A stretch of DNA of 64,000 nucleotides from Sedimentisphaerales bacterium (GCA_040772485.1 JAXGYC010000008.1:192001-256000), one strand, 5' to 3'. Numbered from the stretch's first letter, positions 19,506 to 30,501 are shown. Numbers and translations are program-made. The notes: a model not told the origin generated them from the letters alone.

Positions 19506-20101
19506 GGTGTGCCTCCTTCAACCAAGAAGTGATCTGGGATTTCCCATTCGACCTCATATACTGTGCTCCTTCACAGTACACCCTTCATGATACCGAAGTA
19601 CTACATCCGATTTCAATAGCCATGGCGATCAGGTCTGGCCTATTCCCTCGCTGGAATTCGTTGATCTGCCTCAAAATCCTGTATTTCACCGCTCCTCCGG
19701 CGTACCTCCACCACCGTCTTCCCACAGTCGAACACGGTCCAGGCCCGTTTCCCCAACCTCGGCTGCGCCCCCCAGCGGTTCGTCCCGGTTGCTCTCTACG
19801 CTCCGTGCTTGTGGCCCGCTGACTGGACGCCTTGGACCGATCGGGACATACTCTGGAAGCACCCTGCCTCCCTTCACATCTGATCCTTGGCCACCTTCAG
19901 AGATTCGCGTTCATCAGGCCGGCCGAAATGACCCAGCCGATCTTCTTCTATCCTCTGGGTCAACGTGAGTGGACCACTTGCGTCCTGCTCCCGGCCCCAT
20001 CTTGGATTCTCTCAGAAAGCACTCTGGGAGAATTCGGCTGCTTCAGGACAATCGCCCGACCGCTGGACAAGCACGACTTGCCCTGCCCGCACATGCCAAT
20101 G

Positions 20102-20521
20102 TCAGCGGTTCGCCTTTCGACTCTGCTCGAGTTCGCTGTAGCCGCACTTCGGACATCGATCAGCATAGTCAAACTGCTTTCCTTGGCGTAGACCGTATGG
20201 AAAAAGGTGCCCGCACTTCTCACACCGGACGGCTCGCACGGCGGTCTCTTTCCCACATTTCTGGCACGTTACAGGAGGTGCCGTAGGCAGATTTTCAAGG
20301 CGAGGATTGGCTCGCCTCTTCTCTTCGACCTGCATGAAATAGTCTTCTTTTCCCATCTCATAGGCGGCTCCACAGTCAGGAGCCCTGCACTGTATCCATA
20401 CTCGTTCACCGGCACTGAGGCTCTCAACACCAGCAGGGTGACGAGACATGCTCCTGACGACGATCAGCACTGCCGCAACAGAACAGGAGAGAGTGATTAC
20501 AATGGCGATCTTCTTCTGCAT
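20102..20521 (-). CDS. Membrane-anchored Cys-rich (zinc-ribbon-like) hypothetical protein
   Basis: N-terminal hydrophobic helix, then CRAPDC, CQKC, CEKC and CPKC. Directly downstream of the prepilin-like gene. Confidence 0.7.
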   Translation of the reverse strand: MQKKIAIVITLSCSVAAVLIVVRSMSRHPAGVESLSAGERVWIQCRAPDCGAAYEMGKEDYFMQVEEKRRANPRLENLPTAPPVTCQKCGKETAVRAVRCEKCGHLFPYGLRQGKQFDYADRCPKCGYSELEQSRKANR

Positions 20522-20546
20522 TCGTCGGCCTTGACTACTCAGTACC

Positions 20547-21299
20547 CTACGGATCGGGAAAACTCCGCATCCAATCCGGCCATTGCGGCAGAGGAGCACT
20601 CACATCGAACCTGCGATTCCATTTCAACCGCCACAACTGCTTCAGCGGGATCGCTCTTGCCGTGAAATCCAAGAACACGCTGTTGATGCTACCACTGTGC
20701 CGGTTCTGGCAGGCGAACTTCAAAGCGTTGGTGCTCCAGCCATCCACCTGACCCTCATACTCCGGAGGCTGGTCCGTGTGGTGTGGGCGAAAGTCCCACC
20801 AGTGATTGTCCAACAAGAGGGGAATGCTGTTCGCATTTTGGACATCCCTGCTTCTCCAGTACCAGTCAGCCGGCATGCCCCCTTCGCGACCTTCGGGCGG
20901 GTTTGTCACCCAGATGTTGATCCCATAACTGCCCACCTGACCGCTGTCGTGCGTCCAGGCGCCAAACGGGTCCCTGCCGCCTTCACTGCGGGGTCTGGTC
21001 GCTGTAGGACAAAACGTCAAATCGGGGTTGTCCAAGTAGTATGCCTTTAATACGTTCAGCCAACTCCATTGAACATCTTCTGAGAGATTCCAGCCTGGGT
21101 GGAACCGACCGTCATGGTCCTGCGTGTACATGGAGAAGTAGAGACCCCATTGCCTCAGGTTAGACATGCACGTCACCCCTTGCGCTTGCTTTCTGGCCCG
21201 CTGCAGGGATGGCATCAATAGGGCCATCAGCAATGCAATGATCGATATGACCACCAGGAGCTCGACCAATGTGAAAGCGCTCTTCCTCCTGTTGTCCAT
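20547..21299 (-). CDS. Prepilin-type N-terminal cleavage/methylation domain protein (H-X9-DG-like C-terminus)
   Basis: KSAFTLVELLVVISIIALLMALLMP..AR..A....C.SNLRQ; C-terminal RHSGSINSVFLDF. Confidence 0.88.
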   Translation of the reverse strand: MDNRRKSAFTLVELLVVISIIALLMALLMPSLQRARKQAQGVTCMSNLRQWGLYFSMYTQDHDGRFHPGWNLSEDVQWSWLNVLKAYYLDNPDLTFCPTATRPRSEGGRDPFGAWTHDSGQVGSYGINIWVTNPPEGREGGMPADWYWRSRDVQNANSIPLLLDNHWWDFRPHHTDQPPEYEGQVDGWSTNALKFACQNRHSGSINSVFLDFTARAIPLKQLWRLKWNRRFDVSAPLPQWPDWMRSFPDP

Positions 21300-22166
21300 A
21301 GCCCGTTTACCTCCTTCCCAAGGCGTAGTATCCCCACGTCCTCTCCGCCAACAGGAAAGACCTCTCCGCAAGTGCTCTTCTTGTGTCTGTCTGCCACTTC
21401 TGTGGAAGCCCACATGGCAACGTGCCTCCTCAGGCAGAACAAACCAGTCACCTTAGAGATTATAGTCCAGACGGGGCGGCGCCCGCATTACAATTCTCCA
21501 TATCACGGGGGCCGCTGTGCCATATCAACGCGGAAACGCACGCTGGATCATGCCCCCTGATCGGCCAAAAACGCGAAAACACGCATCCTCCGGGGGGAGA
21601 GTTGGTTGAGAACCTTCCTGCTGTCGGCCATCCGTCGATCACAGGCGGCCCGCAGGCCAGTTTCCGCAGGCCTTGCATCTTGCCGGACCAACTGAATGCT
21701 ATGCGATTCAGTCGGACCGGATGCAGGCGGCACCCCTCACGGACGACCAAGTCAAGGGGACTCCACGGACTATACCTCTCCAACGGGGCCTTTTCACGCA
21801 GAGAGGGACGCGGACTTCGACAGGGGTAGAAGCGATGCCAGGAGCGGCGGCAAGACGCATTCTCTTCATATCGTGAGAATATCCGCTGCTATCGTTCCGT
21901 CGCTCACCTCGGCCGTTCTCTGTCCTCGGCGTTTCGGGCCCGTCTGTTCGGCTGGAAGATCGACGCGAGGGACCGCCCCTGAGTCTGCCGTCCTCTGTTC
22001 TTCCTGCCAAGACGCCGCCGATCGGATGCGCAGCGGCGTAAAGGTTCCTCGTCTCGTCGTATCCTGGTCGCTCTCTGAGACCCTTGCCGTATCGCAAAGG
22101 CAAGATGCGCCTCAGTCCTTTGATTGCGAGGCGGTCGACCGCCCATCCTGATCTGCCCGATGCGAG

Positions 22167-23516
22167 TTACCCGCCGGCGACTCCAAAAGCCTGTTTGGGC
22201 TTCACGAAGAGCACCTCACCGCGCTCGATCCATCCCAATCGCAGATCGATCCGAAACCAGCCGTCCCTGTTCTTCCTATCGAAGCGGACGGGCGAACGCC
22301 TGCCAAGCTCTTTGAGGTCATACTGCGTCCACGTCCGCCCCATATCGAGGGAGATCATGAATCCCGTGGCGTACGGCGACGCCGGGGCATAGTGCGAGGC
22401 CAGAATCACACCATCTTCGATGATCATATTGGCGGATTCGTATTGCGGGTTGAACAGCATCGTATGGGCCTCAGGCCTGGCGAGGTCGGCCGGGTCGCAA
22501 CGGAAGATACCTCGGTCGTGCGGCTGGGGCCCGTTCGCGTCGGCAATCCAGTACAGTTTTCCGTCGACGAAGTTGATGCCGCCCGACTTGTAACGCGAAT
22601 TCGACGAATCCGAGACGAGGACGGCCCACCGCCACTCGTCACGGTCCGCGTCATAAGTGCCCTTCAACCAATGGCACTCGTGCTTGTCTCCTATGTCACG
22701 GTCGCCTGTGCACGCATAGAAAGCGTTCTCCACAGGGTTGTACGCCACACAGTGGACGTGGCGGCAGATGACTGGATTGTCGGGATCGCCCAGCAGTGTA
22801 CCCGTTGCACCTCCCCCCACGGAGCCATTGTCCCGATACTGGGGATTCTGTCCAAACGCATACGCGATTTTGACGGTTTGGCCGCTGTCGGGAGAGTAGT
22901 AGATATTGACCGGGGCCGCGCCGCCGAGTACATTGCAGTAGTTGCCCCATACCAGTATCTCTCTGCCATTCACATCCCACGTGTGGACGCCATCGAGAGG
23001 GTGGAAGTACCAGCCGGGATGCTCCGGGTTTTGGGGTGTATGCGGTACGCAGTCTGCACCGTTGGCGTCTTTCACCGTGATCTGGCGGTAGGTCTGGAGA
23101 TTGTCCGCGCTGACGTACAGCCTGGTGTCTGTGGCGAAGAGGATGTTCCCATTCTTCAGAATGGAGCTGAACGTTATATTGCGGGCATGGGGAAATGGGA
23201 TGCTGTGCGGCCAAGTGTGGGCGTTGTCCTCTGAGAGAAAGATGGCTGTATCGGAGAAACCAAATGCCTTATTGTCACGTTGCGAGTCAATATAGGGACC
23301 CGCAGGCTGGAGGCGATACCAGAAATGGTCGGTTGAGGGCCAGTCGGACGGGACAACGATCGCGCCGGCGTCGAGTTCAGGCGGGTCCGTCACCACTATC
23401 CCCACAGCGGCCAGCGTGGCAGCATTCAGAAAATGGCGGCGAGTGATCTGGTGTCGCGCCGTCGTGAATCGGCCTTCGACCAGGTGTCGCGCGGTGTCAC
23501 CCCGGAGGAATCGCAT
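22167..23516 (-). CDS. Tat-exported BNR/Asp-box beta-propeller (sialidase-like) hypothetical protein
   Basis: RRHFL twin-arginine signal; Asp-box-like SEDNAHTW, SPDSGQT and SLDMGRTW. Confidence 0.65.
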   Translation of the reverse strand: MRFLRGDTARHLVEGRFTTARHQITRRHFLNAATLAAVGIVVTDPPELDAGAIVVPSDWPSTDHFWYRLQPAGPYIDSQRDNKAFGFSDTAIFLSEDNAHTWPHSIPFPHARNITFSSILKNGNILFATDTRLYVSADNLQTYRQITVKDANGADCVPHTPQNPEHPGWYFHPLDGVHTWDVNGREILVWGNYCNVLGGAAPVNIYYSPDSGQTVKIAYAFGQNPQYRDNGSVGGGATGTLLGDPDNPVICRHVHCVAYNPVENAFYACTGDRDIGDKHECHWLKGTYDADRDEWRWAVLVSDSSNSRYKSGGINFVDGKLYWIADANGPQPHDRGIFRCDPADLARPEAHTMLFNPQYESANMIIEDGVILASHYAPASPYATGFMISLDMGRTWTQYDLKELGRRSPVRFDRKNRDGWFRIDLRLGWIERGEVLFVKPKQAFGVAGG

Positions 23517-23654
23517 TGTCTCATGTCCTCAAAACAAGCTGCATTGGATCAGCCGTTCACCAACGTTCGGGACCAGAACACCGCCCTCGGGTCTGGCTGC
23601 CGGTCGCCTCAGTTCAAGTCGTGTGACAAGAATGCCTCAAGTTAGCCGACGGTG

Positions 23655-24566
23655 TCATGCTCCCGCCGAGGCGGCGAAGTCCTCGACAAACCTCACGCAT
23701 TGGGCCACGTCTTGGACCAGCCGGGGCGACAGGTGTTCGTACTCGATGGTCGCGATGCCGCGGAACTTCAGGGCACGCAACGTCTGCAGAACCTGTGTGT
23801 AGTTGGCCTTGCCCTCGCCCAGCGGCACGTCGCGAGATTCGGGGTTCCCCAACTCCGCGACGTCCTTCAGGTGCACGGTGATGATGCGGCCGTCCAGTTT
23901 CCTGAGGCACTCAACCGGGTCCAGGCCGGTGCGGACATAGTGACCGGTGTCCGGGCAGGCGCCGATGAACTTGCTCCGGCCCTCGCAGACCTTCAGAACA
24001 TTCTCCGGCCGCCAGTACTTCGACCCCGCGGCTTCCGAATGATTGTGGATCGCCAGGCTCATCTGGTACTCCTGGCACAGCCTGTCGAGGGCTTCGAAGA
24101 CCTCCGCCGGCGGCTCGGCCACGAGGGTTTCAACTCCCATCTCCTTGGCGAAATCGAACACCTTGCGAAAGACGTTCACGTCAGCGTCGAGCGGCGCGTA
24201 ATAGCTCGCCATCCTCATGCCGCGGTCGCCCAACCGTTTCTTCATCTCCCGGCGCTGCCCCGGCGCAAGCGATTCGCTCGTCTTGAGCTCCGGTTGCTCC
24301 TTGCTCAGCGGCAGGAAGAACGCCGGCTCAACACAGCGGATGCCCAGGCCCGCGATCACGTCCAGCGCCTCGTAGAAGCTCCGGTCACGGAAGGTATAGA
24401 GCCCACATGACAACCGCCACCCCATCCTCTCTGCTTGAGGCGTGCTCAACTTGGCCTTCGGTGCCTCCGCGGACATCGCCTCGGCCGCCCCGGCCAGGAT
24501 GCTTCCCGCTCCCCAGCCTCCCGCGACCACCAGCAACTCCCGACGACTCCATCGACTCGTACTCAT
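23655..24566 (-). CDS. Tat-exported sugar phosphate isomerase/epimerase (AP endonuclease 2 TIM barrel)
   Basis: SRRELL signal; AIHNH, DTGH, VHLKD and IEYE. Confidence 0.85.
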   Translation of the reverse strand: MSTSRWSRRELLVVAGGWGAGSILAGAAEAMSAEAPKAKLSTPQAERMGWRLSCGLYTFRDRSFYEALDVIAGLGIRCVEPAFFLPLSKEQPELKTSESLAPGQRREMKKRLGDRGMRMASYYAPLDADVNVFRKVFDFAKEMGVETLVAEPPAEVFEALDRLCQEYQMSLAIHNHSEAAGSKYWRPENVLKVCEGRSKFIGACPDTGHYVRTGLDPVECLRKLDGRIITVHLKDVAELGNPESRDVPLGEGKANYTQVLQTLRALKFRGIATIEYEHLSPRLVQDVAQCVRFVEDFAASAGA

Positions 24567-24603
24567 GAGACCTCCTTATAATCTGCGCAATTCCGGCTGA
24601 CAG

Positions 24604-25974
24604 TCAGACCTTTTCCACGACGGGATGCACCCATGGCGCCCGGTAGGGCCGCGCTAACAGATGGTTGGCTTGCTCGTCGCCCACCACCTGGCCGCTGGCC
24701 TGGTCCCACGTCAAGCTCCGCTTCAGTTGCAGCGAGAGATTCGCGAGCACGCACATGCTCGTGGACGTGCTCCCCTCAGCGATATCCGCTCGGGGACGCC
24801 CCCGATTGGCGATGCACCGCAACAGATCCTTCATATGCTCGCGGATCGCCGGCGCAACGTGGTACTCGATTCTCTTTTCCGTCTTGTCCTCCGGGAACTC
24901 GTCGCTGTCCACCGGGTACTTGGCGTTGGGGTCATTCCATTCGCGATGGATGGGCGTACCGCCGTCCAGCGGGATGAAGTCGAAACTGTACACGCCGGCT
25001 TTCAGTGTCCCCTTCTCTCCGTAGAAAGTCGCTCCCCATCGGTACTTCGGGTCCGGTCCTTCACCAAAGTGGCGATGCTGCCAGGTGATTTGCAGGTCGC
25101 CGTAATCGAAGGTCGCCGTCTGCATGTCGGGGATATTGGGTTTGCCTTCCTTATGAAAGTAATTGCCGCCGGTGGAGGACACCCGCTGGGGCCAGCCCAG
25201 GTCCATCATCCAGCGCACCATGTCGATCATGTGAATGCCCATGTCCCCGATCGTGCCGTTGCCGTATTCCATATAGTTGCGCCAGCTGCCGGGGTGGATG
25301 GTCTTGTTGAACGGCCGCATCGGCGCCGGGCCGGTCCACATCTCGTAGTCGAGCGTCTCCGGCGGCGCCTCGTCGGGCGGATTGACAATGCCGCGACGGC
25401 CATAGCAATAGGTCTCCACCAGGCCGATTCGGCCCAGGCGGCCTTCCGCGATCAAGTCACGCGCCTCGAACAGGTGCGGCGTGCTGCGCCGCTGCGTCCC
25501 TACCTGCACCACACGCTGGTACTTGCGCGCCGCGGCCACCATGGCCTGGCATTCGACCACGTCCACACCAATCGGCTTTTGTACGTATACGTCCGCCCCG
25601 GCCTGCACCGCCGCGATCATCGGCAAAGCGTGCCAGTGGTCCGGCGTGGCGATCAGCACGATGTCCAGATCCCTTTCCTTCAACATTTCGCGGTAGTCAC
25701 TATAGGTCCGTGGTTTCTTCTTCGAAAGCTGGCGGCTCGCCACGATGTCGGCCGCTTCCGCCAACATTCCCCTGTCCACGTCGCAGAGCGAAACCACCTC
25801 GACTGGCGCGACCTGGATCAGACGCAACAAGTCAATCTTGCCATACCAGCCACTGCCGATCAGACCGACCCGTTTCTTCTGCTCAGCCAATTCGCCTGCA
25901 AAGTTGGGGAGTCTCGCTGTCGCTACTGCAGTGAATCCCACCACGCTCTTGCGCAGGAATTCTCTTCGCTTCAT
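24604..25974 (-). CDS. Tat-exported Gfo/Idh/MocA oxidoreductase
   Basis: MKRREFL; GLIGSGWYG, IATPDHWH, YVQKP, QVGTQRRS and DMGIH. Confidence 0.92.
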   Translation of the reverse strand: MKRREFLRKSVVGFTAVATARLPNFAGELAEQKKRVGLIGSGWYGKIDLLRLIQVAPVEVVSLCDVDRGMLAEAADIVASRQLSKKKPRTYSDYREMLKERDLDIVLIATPDHWHALPMIAAVQAGADVYVQKPIGVDVVECQAMVAAARKYQRVVQVGTQRRSTPHLFEARDLIAEGRLGRIGLVETYCYGRRGIVNPPDEAPPETLDYEMWTGPAPMRPFNKTIHPGSWRNYMEYGNGTIGDMGIHMIDMVRWMMDLGWPQRVSSTGGNYFHKEGKPNIPDMQTATFDYGDLQITWQHRHFGEGPDPKYRWGATFYGEKGTLKAGVYSFDFIPLDGGTPIHREWNDPNAKYPVDSDEFPEDKTEKRIEYHVAPAIREHMKDLLRCIANRGRPRADIAEGSTSTSMCVLANLSLQLKRSLTWDQASGQVVGDEQANHLLARPYRAPWVHPVVEKV

Positions 25975-26179
25975 TGGTCGCCCTTTCTGTTTTCCAGGAT
26001 GAACACCGGCAGTGCCCACGGTAGTGGCAGGCCCGGACTTCCCAACGGACCCAGGCGGCCCGCTCAGCGCCAAAACAACGCGCGTCGATAATCCTCTGCG
26101 GAAGCCTGCCAGCTCCATGTGCCTTGCCATGAGTGGTCTCTCTTAACAAGGAATCTCGCCCATGCTGCAATTCGTTGTA

Positions 26180-27361
26180 TCACATGGCACCGCCCAGGAA
26201 GCCCTCATGGAAGAAGACCGGTCGATAGCCGTGATCGGTGATCCACCGGAGTGTGGTGTCGAGCCTCACAAAGTGGTCCGCGATGTAATTCGAGTAGAAT
26301 GGCCAGAAGTATTGCTCGTGGGTGAAGAGGTCCATGATCTCCGCCTGGTCGGGATCCCTTTCCAGAGGCTCCAGCGTGGCAACGATCTGATCGACAGGCG
26401 TATTGTTGCAGACGATATCGATTCGCGAGAACACGATCCCGCCTTCGAAATCCATGAGAGCATCGTGGCGGGAGAGATACTCTGATCGTACATCGTCGAG
26501 GAGATAGTTGATATCCCAGATCGCGTTCTGCCGCTGGAAGTACCCGCTGAGCACCCGCACACCCCGCTCGTACAAGGGCTTCAGGGCGTTCGGCTGCACC
26601 ATACCCCAATGAATGACCGTTGGAGGACTGTACGTCTGTTCGCCGGCGAAACGTACAATTTGCTCGGCGACCTGATCCAGATCGGCGATCAATCGATCCG
26701 GCGGCGCGTTCTGATACGGACGATCGGGCAGGTTGGCATGGGCATGGAACGCCAAACGGAGCCAATCGGCACTATCCCGCCACTCGCCCTTGTAGCGATC
26801 GGGGAATTGAGGAAGCTCAAACCCATCTTCCGTCGTGTAGTAGATGTTGAGCACGAAACGGGTTCCGTACTTCGAATGGAGTTCGCGGAGACCCTTCAGA
26901 TAGAAGCAGTCAAAAAGCGAAGCGTATTTCTGACGGGCGATATCCCGCAGGAAGAAGCTGTTGTCATCGATGGAAAACCGATATCGGGGCTGGGAGTGCC
27001 GGTCCCAGATGACCCGCACATGATGCTCCTGCCGACCTGAACTGCCCTGCGCCACAGCAGCGATCTGGGTCTCCCGCTGATAGAGCACGATGTCCGCTTT
27101 GAAGCTGGTCCCCACCCGCCGTGCCGGAACGCCGTTCACGACCACCCGATCCTGTGCTGGCGCCTGGCCGGACACGCAGATCCTCAAGCCGCCGTCCACC
27201 AGGGCGCCGTGCCTGTGATTCAGCACGGCACCATGAAACGGCTCGTCGATTCTCAGTGCCGACGGTGGTTGTCCCAACACCTCGGAGCCCCGCAGAACGA
27301 TTCCGGCAAGGCCTGCTGTGGCCTGGAGGAACTGCCTTCGCGTCGCCGTCGCCTCTCGCAC
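26180..27361 (-). CDS. Tat-exported hypothetical protein with an Ig-like domain and a polysaccharide-deacetylase-like domain
   Basis: TRRQFL signal; FSIDDN, LAFHAH and FTHEQY resemble NodB/CE4-like motifs. Confidence 0.6.
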   Translation of the reverse strand: MREATATRRQFLQATAGLAGIVLRGSEVLGQPPSALRIDEPFHGAVLNHRHGALVDGGLRICVSGQAPAQDRVVVNGVPARRVGTSFKADIVLYQRETQIAAVAQGSSGRQEHHVRVIWDRHSQPRYRFSIDDNSFFLRDIARQKYASLFDCFYLKGLRELHSKYGTRFVLNIYYTTEDGFELPQFPDRYKGEWRDSADWLRLAFHAHANLPDRPYQNAPPDRLIADLDQVAEQIVRFAGEQTYSPPTVIHWGMVQPNALKPLYERGVRVLSGYFQRQNAIWDINYLLDDVRSEYLSRHDALMDFEGGIVFSRIDIVCNNTPVDQIVATLEPLERDPDQAEIMDLFTHEQYFWPFYSNYIADHFVRLDTTLRWITDHGYRPVFFHEGFLGGAM

Positions 27362-27728
27362 GTTCGGCCTCCCGTTCTTTCCTCTTCACGATGTCGTGCC
27401 TTGGCACTCTCGATTCCCCGAAGCAGATCAACGGGGCGTGCCGCGCGACGGCCACAGAATAGCAGACGGACAACCACGCGTACAGCACCTGTCTCATGGT
27501 AACCCCTCAAAAGAAGTGCCGTTTTCGTCTTCCCCCCGCTGCTGCTTGCTCGCGCCGCCCTCCAACGGTCCATCACGACCGCACATCCCCTGCCAGCAGC
27601 CAGGAGTTCGGCAGGGAAAGTGACGCCAGGACCGACTGCGGAACCTCGTCTTCACATCTCGATACTGAATCCCCAGCCTCGGCCATGGCACCCGGCGCTT
27701 GGGGGGAATCTCGGTGCGTCCTGGCTAT

Positions 27729-27758
27729 TTGCAGATTCCTGGCTACCTGGGGTATAAT
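27729..27758 (+). promoter_or_regulatory. Sigma-70-like promoter
   Basis: TTGCAG-N18-TATAAT upstream of the AAGGAG RBS and the ATG at 27805. Confidence 0.55.
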
Positions 27759-27804
27759 CGAGGCGGCTTCAGACAAGGGGAATTCCGGATGAAGGAGCCG
27801 TATC

Positions 27805-28644
27805 ATGTGCCTTCCACCGAAGAGGGCATTCACACTGATTGAGTTGTTGGTCGTGATTGCCGTCATCGCGGTGTTGATGGCCATTCTCATGCCCGCGCTG
27901 ATGAGAGCAAAAGAGGCCGGCAAGACCGTGAAGTGTCAAGCCAATCTGCGGACCTTAACCACCGCCTGGTATGCCTATGCCACCGACAACGAGGATCGGC
28001 TGTGCGGCTCGTGGAACTACAATGGCAGCAGTTGGGGCAGCCCCTCCGACTGGGCGTGGGCTCCCTGGCAGGTCGGTGGCAGTTCTGCTGTGACCGATTA
28101 CTTCAACGCCACCCGTGAGGAACGATACGAAGGCATCCAGAGAGGGGTCCTCTACCCATACACCCGGAGCGTGAGCTGCTATCATTGCCCGAGCGACCAA
28201 AGCGTGGGCCAGAACTTCCGCAGCTATTCCATGCCGGACAGCCTGAATGGATGGTGGGCCAAGGACAAGCCCGGCGGCATTGCCAACTGGCGCAACGTGC
28301 TGCGTCTGTCCCAAATCGCCAGGCCCTCGCAGGCGTACGTGCTGCTCGAAGAGAACGACCCGCGGGGCTACAACATCAACGCGTGGGTGATTGATCCCAC
28401 CGGGGGCACGGAGGCGACGAACTGGTCGGACCCCCTGGTGGTCTGGCACGGCGCCCGCAGCAGTTTCGGGTTCGGCGACGGGCATGCCGAGACCTGGAAG
28501 TGGAGCATCGAGACGCTCAAGCTCTTTCGAGAATTCACTACATGGCGCCAGCCCACTCCGCAGACAGCGGAGGGCATTGAAGACCTCAAACGGATCCATC
28601 GCGGCTGGCCGACGCCTGACAAAGGCAGAGCGGGGAGCAGGTAG
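27805..28644 (+). CDS. Prepilin-type N-terminal cleavage/methylation, H-X9-DG domain protein
   Basis: KRAFTLIELLVVIAVIAVLMAILMP; YHCPSD; WHGARSSFGFGDGH. Confidence 0.9.
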   Translation: MCLPPKRAFTLIELLVVIAVIAVLMAILMPALMRAKEAGKTVKCQANLRTLTTAWYAYATDNEDRLCGSWNYNGSSWGSPSDWAWAPWQVGGSSAVTDYFNATREERYEGIQRGVLYPYTRSVSCYHCPSDQSVGQNFRSYSMPDSLNGWWAKDKPGGIANWRNVLRLSQIARPSQAYVLLEENDPRGYNINAWVIDPTGGTEATNWSDPLVVWHGARSSFGFGDGHAETWKWSIETLKLFREFTTWRQPTPQTAEGIEDLKRIHRGWPTPDKGRAGSR

Positions 28645-28718
28645 CGACCTCCAGAGGATCTTCGCTGTCCCAGCGCGTCAGAGCCCCTTTTCCCGAAGGC
28701 TCATCCCTTGGGCCGCGA

Positions 28719-30149
28719 TCATACCTCCTCGACGACTTTCAGTCCCATCAGAGGCGTCAAGTCTCTCATGCACTTGATGTGGTTGCCGTAGAAGACCACC
28801 CGGTGGAGCAGGGTCATCATGTCACCGTCCGGGAGCCCGCCGCCCCAGTTGCGGGCCATGTGCCTTGCATTCGACACCTCGGTCGTAATCTGCGTTCGAC
28901 ACCCACGATCATGAAAATCGGTCAGCTCAATGATCTTGCCGGTGGAAATCAGCATCGTGTCCAGATTGACCAGCTTGGCGCATGTGATTTCCTGGCCTGG
29001 GCGCATCTGGACCTCCAAGGACACGCCCTGATCGCTGTCGCACTGCGTCCGGATCAGAAACGGGGCTCGCGCTCCGGTCGGGCCGTCGAGTTTGGTCGTG
29101 GACGTGCAGTGGGCATGAATGACGGCATTCCTGGAAGTGTCGAAGAGCGGATCGCTGATGAACCCGGGCACGCCGAACGCGTGGGCAAAGAGCAGCATCG
29201 TCAGGGTCGAGTCCATGTCGCCTTCGCAGGCGCCCACCAGCCCCAGATCATTCAGCTTGCTGAACGTCAGACAGCCCTTCGCCGGCTCTCCCATGCAGTG
29301 GGAGCTCGTCATCGCCTGGGCACGCTCCTCAATCATGATCCGCCGGACCGCCAGATACATGCGGGCCGAGTTGATGATGTCCGCCCTGGAGGGCTCAACG
29401 ATCTTCTTCGCCTGGCCGATCCAGTACTGTTCGGCCTCCGCCTCCGCCGCACTCGGATCAACAGCCTTGTAGGCCGACAGAATCCGTTCCTGGCTGATCG
29501 GGATCACCTCGGGACCGAGCTGCCGCCTGACTTGCTCAGGCGAGCATGCCGGCGCCGTCCCGCGAGCGGACCCCACAACGATCACCCGTGATTGACGCAT
29601 CCGCACAGGGACGCGCAGTAGCGCAACCGCCCGCTCCAAGTCCCCGTAATCACTCGACGTCACGAGGATGACTCTCTTGCCTGCCTGCTGCCATCGAGGG
29701 ACATACATCCAATCGTGTCCGCTGAAAGGCTGTGAGAATATGGCGGAAGGCAGTCCCGCCTCCACCAGCTTGAGCAATGGCTCGCCGCTGCCGAAGCTCA
29801 GATGCACCGCGAGTAGAGCGTCAGCGTCCTTGAGCTTGGTCGCGACCTCCGTCGCGGCCGGTACGGTATTGGGAATCAGCTCTCCGCCAACGAACGCGAT
29901 GTCATCAAGCCGAGTCTGCACACCGGCAAGGTAATCCTTGAACTTCGTGACTTCCGCAGGGGCATCGAACGTCGGTGTAGGCCATGCGCCTCCGGTGCCG
30001 ACGTAGACAACGTGGATTCTCACTGGGGGCAGCTTGGGCCAACCTGCTTCCTCTGCGACGGCTAACGGCCGGGCCGCCAATCCTCCAGCCAGCAGCACAC
30101 CTCCCGCAGCAGCCGCACCAAGGAACTCACGTCTGGACATATCTCGCAT
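28719..30149 (-). CDS. Tat-exported L-fucose/L-arabinose isomerase-like protein
   Basis: SRREFL signal; ACEGD, GFISDP, HAHCT, CRTQ and HRVVFYG match FucI/AraA C-terminal family motifs. Confidence 0.72.
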   Translation of the reverse strand: MRDMSRREFLGAAAAGGVLLAGGLAARPLAVAEEAGWPKLPPVRIHVVYVGTGGAWPTPTFDAPAEVTKFKDYLAGVQTRLDDIAFVGGELIPNTVPAATEVATKLKDADALLAVHLSFGSGEPLLKLVEAGLPSAIFSQPFSGHDWMYVPRWQQAGKRVILVTSSDYGDLERAVALLRVPVRMRQSRVIVVGSARGTAPACSPEQVRRQLGPEVIPISQERILSAYKAVDPSAAEAEAEQYWIGQAKKIVEPSRADIINSARMYLAVRRIMIEERAQAMTSSHCMGEPAKGCLTFSKLNDLGLVGACEGDMDSTLTMLLFAHAFGVPGFISDPLFDTSRNAVIHAHCTSTTKLDGPTGARAPFLIRTQCDSDQGVSLEVQMRPGQEITCAKLVNLDTMLISTGKIIELTDFHDRGCRTQITTEVSNARHMARNWGGGLPDGDMMTLLHRVVFYGNHIKCMRDLTPLMGLKVVEEV

Positions 30150-30501
30150 GTGTCACATCTCCTTCTTCGTCTTGTCGATTCGTTGATGGACATGTGTACG
30201 GCCAATCTGACAGGGTAATCTCCTCTCCGCCGGATTTCCATACCGTTTTCTGCGATTCCGTCTCTGATATGGTGGCCCTGCCCCTCGCTCCGAGCAGTCA
30301 TCCGTCCAACGCGTCAGAACCTGCCCGGCCCGCCACAGCCCCGCCGCTCATCAGGATAGCCGGATTCCAGGCTGTCCACCGGTACATCCGCGCAGCAACG
30401 GCTGCCCGCCAGCAGATAGTGGTATTGTGGGCCGCCCTGCTGTAGTATGTTGTCTGACCAAATCGGGGGCATAACTTGATAAAACTGAAGAGGAGCACAT
30501 C

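Noticed and set aside
26964..27497. 177-aa ORF with an RBS and a signal-like start (MRQVLYAW)
   Set aside because: It overlaps the 26180-27361 gene out of frame; at most a short remnant, with no supportable function.
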